From Acidothermus cellulolyticus 11B (lineage in GTDB: Bacteria > Actinomycetota > Actinomycetes > Acidothermales > Acidothermaceae), in contig NC_008578.1 in the NCBI RefSeq assembly GCF_000015025.1, forward strand, positions 1,710,001 to 1,742,000: a DNA stretch of 32,000 bases, written 5' to 3'. Every line of letters begins with the position of its first letter. The stretch's first letter is position 1. A program made the position numbers and the translations under genes. Positions 16,381-24,668 of this stretch are shown one piece after another. Under the pieces are notes generated by a model. The model did not search any database and was not told the origin of the DNA. It saw only the letters and a list, made by a program, of their open reading frames with translations.

Positions 16381-18681
16381 TCAACGGAGCTGGTGATTCT
16401 CCGCTATGCGGGACTGCTCCTCCCCCGACGTTCTGTCAGACAGCGCGGCGAGCGGCTCGCCTCCCATTGGCGGTTCACCGGCCGCCAGTACGGCTATTGG
16501 TGCTTCGCGAAATGCGTGGCGTTGCCACCACCGCTCCAGCGGAGCAGGAGCCCACCAGTTGACCCGGCCGAGAAGGCGCATGACAGCAGGAACAAGCAGT
16601 GCGCGCACCACGGTGGCGTCAACGGCGATGGCCAGCGCCATTCCAACACCGAGCAATTTGAGGGTGGTGATCCGAGAGGTCGCGAATAGGCCGATGACGA
16701 CGATGAGGAGCAGGGCCGCCGACGTGATGATGCGGCCGCTGCGCTGGAGCCCGACCGCCACCGCGGCGGCATTCCGCTCACCCGGATTGACGTTGTCCGC
16801 AGTCACGTCCCACTCCTCGCGAATGCGGCTGAGCAGGAAGACCTCGTAGTCCATGGATAATCCGAAGACCACCGCGAGAAGCAGGATCGGGTCGGTGGCG
16901 TCAAGGTAACCGAGCGGGCTGAAGTCCAACAGGCGCGCAAGATGCCCGTCTTGGAAAATCCAGGTAATCGCCCCGAAGGACGCCGCAATGGAAATCGTAT
17001 TCATGACGATGGCTTTCAACGGCAGAACAACCGACCCGAAGGCGAGGAAGAGCAGGAAAGCCATCGCCACGGCGATCACGGTGAGCATCCATGGCAACAC
17101 GTGGCCGATGCTGTGCAGCTGATCGACGAGGAATGCTGTCAAGCCGCCGACGAGCACCCGGCTCCCCGCAGGCGGCTGGACCGCGCGAACCTCGGCGAGG
17201 GTGTGCCGAGCGGCGGACGAGATCGGATCCCCGTGGTAATCGACCTCGATCAGAGCGTTGTGCCCGCGGACCGCAGCGACATGCGCACCCGTCGTCCCCG
17301 GAACCTGGGCCAGCCTGTCGGCGTAGGCAAGCAAACTTTGCTGGTCCGGGAAGTTCTCGACGACGACGTCCATGGGTGTCGTTTCGTTGCCGGGAAAATC
17401 CCGCGCCAATGCGTCGCTGGTCACGCGGCCAGGCGCGTTGGCGGGCAGGACCTTCGCGGTGTACCCGCCGAATGTGACGTTCCGGAACGGCAACGCCATC
17501 ACGGCGAGCACGACGACAATGGGAATTGCGTAGATCAACGGGCGGCGCATCACAGAACGGGCGAGCCGGTACCAGAAACCGCCCGACGACGGCACCGGCG
17601 TCGCGGACGCACTCTGCCGCGCAGCAAGCCGCCGCGCTCTGTGGTGCGGACCGAACCACGGCACGTGGAGCGCATCCACCCGGCGGCCCAGGACGGCAAG
17701 AATAGCGGGGAGAATAGTCAACGCGGCAAGAACATCCAACAGCACGACCGCGACTCCGCCGTACCCCATGGACCGGAGAAAATCCTCCGGAAATAAGACC
17801 AGTGAGGCGGTCGACACGGCAACGGTCACGCCGGAGAACGCAACGGTACGTCCTGCGGTCGCCAATGTCCGGCGCAGCGCCGTCTCGACGTCCGCGGTCC
17901 GGCTCATTTCTTCGCGGAACCGACTCACAACGAAGAGCGCGTAATCGATCGCGAGGCCAAGGCCCAGCATCGTCACGAGATTTTGCGCAAAAATCGAGAC
18001 GTGCGTGACAATCGTCAGGAATCGCAGGATGGCGAATGCCCCGACGATTCCACAGATTCCGACGATGACCGGTAAGGCTGCGGAAACGACGCTCCCGAAG
18101 ATGATGAGCAGGAGGATCAGCGTCGTCGGCAGAGACAAAGCCTCCGCGCGCTTGAGATCCCGGCTGACCTGCCCACTTATTTCTTTGTTCAGCGGCTGCG
18201 CTCCAGCATAACCGACGGAAATGCCACGGGTCTGCAGCTCGGCCAACCGCTGCTTGACCACCTGGAGCGCGCTCGCTTTCTGCGCATCGGTCGTGCCGGC
18301 CAATTCCAATGTCACGTAAGTGGAACGACCATCGGTGGAGATGAGCCGACGCTGGCCGGTGTTCCAATAACTGAGGTAGGACGGAACAACACTCTTCGGC
18401 AGATCGTGAAGCGCTCCCACGATGGCGGCGGCATTCGCCGGGCTCGTGATCGGTTCACGGCTCGTGAAGAGCACAGTCGCGTCGGACGACGGCAGATGCA
18501 GGACGTCGGTAATGGCATTCGCTGCCTGCACGGACTCGCTATGGGGGTCGTAATAGCCCCCACTTGACAAACGCTTGGTGACGTCGCTGCCCCAGAGCGC
18601 GGCCAACGCCAGGAGCACGATACCGATAATGATCACCAGACGGCGGCGGTGATACATCGCCCTGCCGAGGCGGTCGAACAT
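16381..18681 (-). CDS. MMPL family RND-type membrane transporter
   Basis: ORF 16381..18702. I place the start at ATG 18681 because MFDRLGRAMYHRRRLVIIIGIVLLA matches the usual MmpL N-terminus (MF..WGR.VY..R..VIG) and a promoter sits immediately upstream. Twelve-TM architecture with two periplasmic loops. GC is about 60-62%, below the backbone. Confidence 0.9.
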   Translation of the reverse strand: MFDRLGRAMYHRRRLVIIIGIVLLALAALWGSDVTKRLSSGGYYDPHSESVQAANAITDVLHLPSSDATVLFTSREPITSPANAAAIVGALHDLPKSVVPSYLSYWNTGQRRLISTDGRSTYVTLELAGTTDAQKASALQVVKQRLAELQTRGISVGYAGAQPLNKEISGQVSRDLKRAEALSLPTTLILLLIIFGSVVSAALPVIVGICGIVGAFAILRFLTIVTHVSIFAQNLVTMLGLGLAIDYALFVVSRFREEMSRTADVETALRRTLATAGRTVAFSGVTVAVSTASLVLFPEDFLRSMGYGGVAVVLLDVLAALTILPAILAVLGRRVDALHVPWFGPHHRARRLAARQSASATPVPSSGGFWYRLARSVMRRPLIYAIPIVVVLAVMALPFRNVTFGGYTAKVLPANAPGRVTSDALARDFPGNETTPMDVVVENFPDQQSLLAYADRLAQVPGTTGAHVAAVRGHNALIEVDYHGDPISSAARHTLAEVRAVQPPAGSRVLVGGLTAFLVDQLHSIGHVLPWMLTVIAVAMAFLLFLAFGSVVLPLKAIVMNTISIAASFGAITWIFQDGHLARLLDFSPLGYLDATDPILLLAVVFGLSMDYEVFLLSRIREEWDVTADNVNPGERNAAAVAVGLQRSGRIITSAALLLIVVIGLFATSRITTLKLLGVGMALAIAVDATVVRALLVPAVMRLLGRVNWWAPAPLERWWQRHAFREAPIAVLAAGEPPMGGEPLAALSDRTSGEEQSRIAENHQLR

Positions 18682-18688
18682 GGCCGAT

Positions 18689-18717
18689 AAGTTAGTGGTC
18701 ACTCACTAGTTTGTCAA
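18689..18717 (-). promoter_or_regulatory. Promoter TTGACA, 17-nt spacer, TAACTT, ending 7 nt before the MMPL ATG (leaderless mRNA predicted). The spacer contains the inverted repeat TAGTG-N6-CACTA.
   Basis: Minus strand: TTGACA (18717-18712), aactagtgagtgaccac, TAACTT (18694-18689), atcggcc, ATG (18681). Confidence 0.55.
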
Positions 18718-18770
18718 GATGAGCGAACTCACAGATCACGCGATCTGCACGAGTTCCCCGCGGTGGGCAT

Positions 18771-18904
18771 GCAGACCCGACGGCCGGGGTCAACGCGGAC
18801 CATAGCGCCCGGCGGCCAGAGTCAGCGCGGATCGCAGACCCGACAGCCAGGGTCAACGCGGGCACGCGGTACCGCCTACCGCGCAGGCAATACCGCCTAC
18901 CGCG
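18771..18904. repeat. Intergenic repeat cluster between the ACT-protein gene and the MMPL promoter
   Basis: gcagacccgac(g/a)gcc(g/a)gggtcaacgcgg at 18771-18798 and 18834-18861. A third partial copy lies at 18813-18830. taccgcctaccgcg occurs at 18870-18883 and 18891-18904. Confidence 0.85.
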
Positions 18905-19532
18905 GGCTCGAAACAGCGCCGACCGGACGGACCAACCCAGCAGCGAGTGTGGTCACTCGGCCGATGCGCTCCACCTCGACCCGATGGAACGCTGGTGTGC
19001 TCCCCCGCCCGCACACCAGCGCCGCTTCGAACGGGTCCAGCGGGACAGCGACCAGCTGCGCGCCGTCCTGTTCGAACGCGGTGGCCCGCACCACCCGCAC
19101 GTGTGGAACGACGACGTCGTCCAGCGCGGTTCCACTCCAGTACGCGACCTCCGGCGCGCCGCCGGCATAGGAAATCCGCGCGGCCCAATCGGCGCCGAAC
19201 GCCGGAACGGCCATGTCAACGAGGGTGTCCAGTCCGCGCGCGCCTGTGCCGAGCACGTGGGTGAGCAGATCGAGGTCGGGGAAAGCGCCCGGCACCTGCT
19301 GGGACGGCCGGGTTCCGAGGACCCGCACGCCCCGGATTTCCGTCAACCGGTCGACCAGATCACCGGTCTGGGTGTGCGGCCAGACAACGTAGATGTCATC
19401 AACCGCACGATCCGCCACCCGCTCAAGAACGGCGATGCTCTTGATATCAGCACCGGCGTCTGCGAGGACGGCGGTCACGCGGGCGAGAATTCCCGGACGA
19501 TCCGGCACGCTCAGCCTCAGGTGGGTCAACAT
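18897..19532 (-). CDS. ACT domain-containing protein
   Basis: ATG at 19532 is preceded by GGAGGCGGAG. LRLSVPDRPGILARVTAVLADAGADIKSI is a typical ACT fold start. The upstream extension in the ORF track is unsupported. Confidence 0.75.
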   Translation of the reverse strand: MLTHLRLSVPDRPGILARVTAVLADAGADIKSIAVLERVADRAVDDIYVVWPHTQTGDLVDRLTEIRGVRVLGTRPSQQVPGAFPDLDLLTHVLGTGARGLDTLVDMAVPAFGADWAARISYAGGAPEVAYWSGTALDDVVVPHVRVVRATAFEQDGAQLVAVPLDPFEAALVCGRGSTPAFHRVEVERIGRVTTLAAGLVRPVGAVSSPR

Positions 19533-19694
19533 CTCCGCCTCCGCTCGATGGTGAATAAGCGCCGATGCATGCAGTCTGGGTGGCAGACGTTTCCGGAACG
19601 TGACGGTGCAGTGACATCTCATCGCATCCGGAGCAGGCGGGCAAGAGTCCAACGTCCCGAGAGGGTGCCTGGACGGTCACCGCCGTCCGCCGGC

Positions 19695-20633
19695 TCACGG
19701 CGTACGCGCACTGACCGCGCGAAGCACCTCGTCACACAGCTCATGGGTCCGCAGCGCGTCGCCGGCATCCAGGCGATATCCCGCGCGGACGGCGTCCACG
19801 AAGAAATCACACATAGCGACAAAGCCGCGGCGCTCCTCGACGGGTGTCCATTCGTCCAGCCGCCGAATTTCCCGACGCCCTTCGCGATCCTCGATGACCT
19901 CGGTCAGATCACGGACGCTGGTCTTGACACCCGGACCGTGGATCTCAAGCACCTCCTCGGTCGCGCCGCCATCCCGATTCATCACACCGACCGCCACCCG
20001 GCCTGGTCCGGCCAGCACCACGGAGACAAGCGCGAGATCCCCGGCGATGCGCACCGAATGGACGTCGACCAGCCGCGCCTCGTCGATGAGAAACCGCAGC
20101 GTGTCAATGACGTGAATAAAGTCGTCGAAGATGACCCGGCGCGCGTCGTCCGGAAATCCGACCCGGTGTTTTTGCATGACGGCACAGGAGAACTCCTCGT
20201 CGGCAAGCGCGCGGTACGCTGGCGCGAACCGGCGGTTGAAACCAACGAAGAGCGACGTGCGCTGCCGCCTTGCCAGCTCGACCAGATCCCTCGCATCATC
20301 CACGTCAGCGGCCAGCGGTTTATCGACATAGACCGGAATTCCGGCCTCCAGCACGGCCCGGACCACATCGACGTGCGCGCCGGTCGCCGCATGGACGAAG
20401 ACGGCGTCGAGACCCTCGGCAAGCATCGCCGACAATTCGGTGTAGCCGTGCGCGATGCGGTACGCCGCGCAGACGTCGTCCAGAACAGCCTGATTGCGGG
20501 TGCAGACCCGCAGGTCAAGGTCTGGACGGGTTCCCAGGACGGGGAGGTAGACACGGCGGGCGATTCCGCCGAGCCCGACCATCCCGACGCGAAGTCGTTG
20601 GCGCGCCACCACGGCAGCAGCCGGTGCCGACAT
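19695..20633 (-). CDS. Gfo/Idh/MocA family NAD(P)-dependent oxidoreductase
   Basis: 312 aa. N-terminal Rossmann motif RVGMVGLGGIARRVYLPVL and the family-typical EKP-like segment VYVDKPLA. Confidence 0.85.
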   Translation of the reverse strand: MSAPAAAVVARQRLRVGMVGLGGIARRVYLPVLGTRPDLDLRVCTRNQAVLDDVCAAYRIAHGYTELSAMLAEGLDAVFVHAATGAHVDVVRAVLEAGIPVYVDKPLAADVDDARDLVELARRQRTSLFVGFNRRFAPAYRALADEEFSCAVMQKHRVGFPDDARRVIFDDFIHVIDTLRFLIDEARLVDVHSVRIAGDLALVSVVLAGPGRVAVGVMNRDGGATEEVLEIHGPGVKTSVRDLTEVIEDREGRREIRRLDEWTPVEERRGFVAMCDFFVDAVRAGYRLDAGDALRTHELCDEVLRAVSARTP

Positions 20634-20666
20634 GCCGGCAGCTTACGCAATTCCCGGACGGGCCGC

Positions 20667-20882
20667 GCGGGAGGCCGGCGCGCTGAGACCTGCGGGAGGC
20701 CGGCGCGCTGGGACCCCGCAGGAGGCCGGCGCGCTGGGACCTGCGCCGCTAGGCCGGCAGGATGTGCGCCGCTAGGCCGGTTTCCTCCCGCGACCAGCAC
20801 GAACACTCCGGCAACCAGGCACGAACAGTCCTGCGACAAGGCAAGAACAGTCGTGCGACCGGCAGGAACGGCGACGATCACC
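20667..20882. repeat. Three adjoining tandem-repeat blocks in the divergent intergenic region
   Basis: 25-26 bp x3 (gcgggaggccggcgcgctgggacc, 20667-20742). 23 bp x1.7 (gcgccgctaggccgg..., 20743-20780). 21-22 bp x4 (aggcacgaacagtcctgcgaca-like, 20796-20882; units 2 and 3 are 19/22 identical). Confidence 0.85.
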
Positions 20883-20910
20883 AAAGACCGCGGGTGCTAA
20901 TGTTCGGGCC

Positions 20911-21633
20911 ATGGTCTCCGAGGAACCATCAGCGGCAGCAATCGTGCTCGCCGGCGGTGACGGTCGGCGTTTCGGTGCCGCGATGAACAAGGTTTTCCTT
21001 CCCCTCGCCCACCGTCCGGTAATTTCCTGGTCACTGGAAGCATTGAGCCGCGTGCCCAATGTTCGCCATGTCATCGTGACAGTACGCGCGCATGAACGCG
21101 GCCTTGCCCGCGCCATGCTCGACCGTGATTTCCCGAACCTTGATGTCCTCCTTGTTGATGGCGGGGAGAGCCGACACCACTCGGAGTACAACGCATTACG
21201 CGCGCTCGAGAACCGCGGAATCGACGTCGACGTCATTGCCATCCACGACGGCGCTCGACCGTTCATCTCCGCGGAACTGGTGCATCAGCTCATCACGGTT
21301 GCCCATATGGTGGGGGGCGCGGTTCCCGCCTTACCGGCGCTGGATTTGGCGCGTATCGAGGGGAACGAAGTGCTGGAGACGCTCAGCACGGGCGGCACGC
21401 TGGTCCGCATGCAAACACCTCAGGCGTTTCAAGCCGAACAGGTGATAGCGGCGTATCATGCGGCCGCGCGCCGGGGTTTCATCGGCACGGACACCGCGTC
21501 GTGCGTGGAGAATTTCACCGATACGGTCATCCAAACGATCCCCGGCGACACCCGGAATATCAAGGTGACCTACCCGCAGGATCTGACTGCGGCCGAACAC
21601 ATTCTCGCCGCCGCGCATCACCCCGGCGCGTGA
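20911..21633 (+). CDS. IspD-family sugar-phosphate cytidylyltransferase (2-C-methyl-D-erythritol 4-phosphate cytidylyltransferase-like)
   Basis: 240 aa with IVLAGGDGRRFG...NKVFLPL, IHDGARPF, MQTPQAF and TDTASCVE...GDTRNIKVTYPQDL motifs. TAATGT at 20898-20903 lies 7 nt before the ATG and no RBS is present, which suggests a leaderless transcript. Substrate is not determinable from sequence alone. Confidence 0.8.
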   Translation: MVSEEPSAAAIVLAGGDGRRFGAAMNKVFLPLAHRPVISWSLEALSRVPNVRHVIVTVRAHERGLARAMLDRDFPNLDVLLVDGGESRHHSEYNALRALENRGIDVDVIAIHDGARPFISAELVHQLITVAHMVGGAVPALPALDLARIEGNEVLETLSTGGTLVRMQTPQAFQAEQVIAAYHAAARRGFIGTDTASCVENFTDTVIQTIPGDTRNIKVTYPQDLTAAEHILAAAHHPGA

Positions 21634-21682
21634 GGAGGCGAACCGACGATGGCGCAGTCGACGGAATGGAGGAGCGCACGGC

Positions 21683-22642
21683 ATGTCCGCAGGTTGGCTG
21701 GCGATTGCCGCGCTCTTTGCCGCCGTCACCGGAGCCAATGACGGCGCAGCGATCGTCGCGTCCGGCCTGCGGGTCTCCCTGCTCCGGCCCCTTTCGGCCT
21801 TGCTGGTCGTGGTCGGCGGCGTCCTGACCGCTCCGCTCATCTTCGGCACCGAAGTAGCCGCCACGCTCTCGCACCGTCTCGTGGCCTTCCAGACGGACGG
21901 CGGGCGGCTCGCGTTCGCCCTCGCGCTGCTCGCCGCTCTCCTTGTCGTCGCTTTCCTAACGACCACCGGTCGACCGACCAGCCTTACCGTCGCCCTCATT
22001 GGCGGGATTGCCGGGGCCGGGCTCGGCTACGGTCTGCCGGTCGCGTGGGGCACGGTCGGCCGGGTGCTGCTCTTCGGCATCCTCTCGCCAATCTGCGCCG
22101 GCCTGGCCGGCCTCGTCCTGGCTCGTCTCCTCCACCACGTGCCGCCGCTCTCGCACATGCCCCTGGTCACCCGGGCCGGCACGGCGCTCGGCTACGTGCT
22201 CCTCGCCCTGGCCTATGGCGCCAACGACGGGCAGAAGATGCTCGCCGTGTTCGCGATCGCCGGGAACGCCGGGGGTGCCGTGCATACGGGCGGACGTACA
22301 CTCGCGCTCATCGGATTGTGCTTCGTCGCGGGAGCGGCACTCAGTTTGCCGCGCCTGGCAAGCCGGTTAGGTGCTGACCTGCTCCGGGTGCGTCCGCTTC
22401 ATGCCATCACGGCGCAAGCGGCGTCAGCCGCCGCTGCTTTCGGCAGTGCCGTGGGGCACGCCCCGGTCAGCATGACGCAGTCCTTGACCGCCTCGCTGGT
22501 TGGAGCAGGCGTGAGTGAGGGTTCGAGGAGGGTTCGATGGAGAGCGGTGAGCCGCCTCGCGATGGCCTGGGTGGTGACGCTGCCGGCCAGCATCGCGGTC
22601 GCATCCGCCGTCACCGCATTCGCGCGCGCCGTGGCGGGCTGA
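21683..22642 (+). CDS. Inorganic phosphate transporter, PiT family
   Basis: 319 aa, polytopic. The duplicated signature GANDGAAIV / YGANDGQKMLAV is present. GGAGGAG RBS. Confidence 0.85.
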   Translation: MSAGWLAIAALFAAVTGANDGAAIVASGLRVSLLRPLSALLVVVGGVLTAPLIFGTEVAATLSHRLVAFQTDGGRLAFALALLAALLVVAFLTTTGRPTSLTVALIGGIAGAGLGYGLPVAWGTVGRVLLFGILSPICAGLAGLVLARLLHHVPPLSHMPLVTRAGTALGYVLLALAYGANDGQKMLAVFAIAGNAGGAVHTGGRTLALIGLCFVAGAALSLPRLASRLGADLLRVRPLHAITAQAASAAAAFGSAVGHAPVSMTQSLTASLVGAGVSEGSRRVRWRAVSRLAMAWVVTLPASIAVASAVTAFARAVAG

Positions 22643-23282
22643 GACGTGGGCGGCTGCCCCGCCTCCTGCACGACCTGCTCGGCCGCTTCGACGAGCAACT
22701 GGTCGCAATTCTGGTCGGCCAGATCGACGCCACGCTGCGCGGTGCCGAACTCGCACGCCGGATGACGACGGGTGAGCTGCCATCCGAAGACGCGCGCGAA
22801 CGCATGCGGGAGATCGAGCATCACGGGGACCAGAAACGCGGCGAACTCATCGCGGCGCTCGCGTCCGCGCTCACCACGCCCATCGACCGCGAGGATCTCT
22901 TCCGGTTCTCGCGGATGGTCGACGACGTTCTCGACGGCTTACGCGATTTCGTCCGGGAAACCGACCTCTACCGGCTCGCCGGCCAGGAATCTGTCACCCC
23001 GGTTCTGGACGCCGTCATTGAGGGCCTGCAGACCTTGCGGCAAGCGACGGAAGAAATCGTCCGCAGGCCGCAGGACGCCGGACTCACCACGGTCTCTGCG
23101 AAAAGGCGGCGAATAAAGTCCGCCGCCTGTACGCTATGGAGCTGGCCGAATTGTTCAATCAGCCCTTCAATGTTGAGACGATGAAACGCCGGGAACTCCT
23201 CCGCCGCATCGACGTGGTCGGAATGCGGCTCAGTGAGGCCGCCGATGCGTTAGCGGACGGCATCATCAAGCGCAGCCATTGA
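22639..23282 (+). pseudogene. DUF47 / PhoU-like phosphate-transport regulator partner of PiT, apparently frameshifted
   Basis: Body in the frame of ORF 22537..23184 (LPRLLHDLLGRFDEQL...TTPIDREDLFRFSRMVDDVLD). The family-typical C-terminus [59 protein letters not shown] is in another frame and ends at 23282. The switch is at the AAAA run 23101-23104. There is no ATG/GTG/TTG in frame between the pit stop and residue 76, whereas a GTG at 22646 is in a different frame. Confidence 0.6.
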
Positions 23283-24500
23283 CGGCGCAGGCGTCTCCTG
23301 GACGGTGCGGCCGCGAAATTCCACCGTAGCGGCAAGCTGACCGCACGCGCCGTTGACCTCCCGCCCGCGGGTATCCCGGACGGTCACGGTCACCCCCGCA
23401 GCCGCCAGGCGCCGGACGAATTCCGCCTGCGCCCGCGGTGTGGACGCCGTCCACGGGGAGCCGGGCGTGGGATTGAGCGGGATGAGATTGACGTGTCCAA
23501 GACGGCCGAGGAATTCCTTGACCTGCGCAGCCAACGCATCCGCACGCCACGGCTGGTCGTTGACGTCGCGAATCAACGCGTATTCGACGGACACCCGCCG
23601 CTTTGTCACCTCGGCGTACCGCGCGGCGGCACCGAGAACGTCACGAACCGGCCAGCGTCGATTAATCGGAACAAGGACGTTGCGCAGCTCGTCGTCCGGC
23701 GCGTGCAACGAGACCGCGAGCGTGACCGCGAGTCCTTCCGTCGCGAGCCGCTCGATGGCCGGAACCAGGCCCACGGTCGAGACGGTGACACTGCGCTGGG
23801 AAATGCCGAGACCTTCCGGCGGCGGCTCGGTGATCCTTCGCACGGCGTCCACCACCGACCGGTAATTCGCCAACGGTTCCCCCATGCCCATGAAAACCAC
23901 GTTGGACAATCGCCCTGGGCCGCCGGCCATTTCCCCGCGCGCCACCGTGCGGGCGGCGACCGCGACCTGAGCGACAATCTCCGCGGCGGACAGGTTCCGG
24001 ACCAGACCGGCCTGGCCGGTGGCGCAGAACGGGCATCCCATGCCGCAGCCCGCCTGACTGGACACGCACAGTGTGACCCGGCCGTGCCGCGAACCGCCGT
24101 CCGCGTCCGCTTCAGCCCCGAGCGCAGCGTGGCGGCTGTGCCGGGGCGGATAACGCATGAGGACGGATTCGACGTACGCACCGTCACTGAGCCGCCAGAG
24201 GATCTTCCGGGTGAGCCCGTTGTCGCACGCGAGCTCCCGAACCGGCCGCAGAAGCGGCGGAAGCAGGACGCCGACCAGCTCCCGGCGCGACGAGGCGGGC
24301 AGGTCGGTCATCTCATCCGGATTCTCCGTGAGACGACCGAAGTAATGGGCGGAGATCTGCACGGCCCGGAAGGACGGCTCGCCGAGTTCGGCCACCCACC
24401 GGCGCCGTTCCGCTAACGAAAAATCCGCCAGATGGCGTGGGACGCCGCGCCGTGTCACCGCTCCCGCCCGAGCAGCATCGGTCATCGCGTGCGTCGTCAT
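23250..24500 (-). CDS. rlmN: 23S rRNA/tRNA adenine-C2 methyltransferase, radical SAM
   Basis: [19 protein letters not shown] radical-SAM cluster motif and a full-length RlmN sequence. The start may be ATG 24500 or 24485. Confidence 0.9.
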   Translation of the reverse strand: MTTHAMTDAARAGAVTRRGVPRHLADFSLAERRRWVAELGEPSFRAVQISAHYFGRLTENPDEMTDLPASSRRELVGVLLPPLLRPVRELACDNGLTRKILWRLSDGAYVESVLMRYPPRHSRHAALGAEADADGGSRHGRVTLCVSSQAGCGMGCPFCATGQAGLVRNLSAAEIVAQVAVAARTVARGEMAGGPGRLSNVVFMGMGEPLANYRSVVDAVRRITEPPPEGLGISQRSVTVSTVGLVPAIERLATEGLAVTLAVSLHAPDDELRNVLVPINRRWPVRDVLGAAARYAEVTKRRVSVEYALIRDVNDQPWRADALAAQVKEFLGRLGHVNLIPLNPTPGSPWTASTPRAQAEFVRRLAAAGVTVTVRDTRGREVNGACGQLAATVEFRGRTVQETPAPSMAALDDAVR

Positions 24501-24668
24501 ATCGTTCTCGAGTCTGCCAGAGACCGCCCGGCCGGCGGGCACGATCAGTCCACCCGCCGCGTCGCCGTTCGGCGCGCCGGCCGGGCTGTCCGTACGGAAT
24601 CGACGGTCCGCTAGGATCGTCGCACGGAGCAGCCGGGTTCGACCCGCGTGATCTCTGAGGAGCTGTCG

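Noticed and set aside
24543-24668. A riboswitch (ZTP/pfl type) or tRNA-like element upstream of glyA. gccgggttcgacccgc resembles a T-arm.
   Set aside because: I could not find the conserved ZTP cores (GGGTCGTGAC... / CCGCCTGGGC). The T-arm-like hairpin has a 5-nt loop, and no acceptor or anticodon arms can be drawn around it. A covariance-model scan would be the decisive test.
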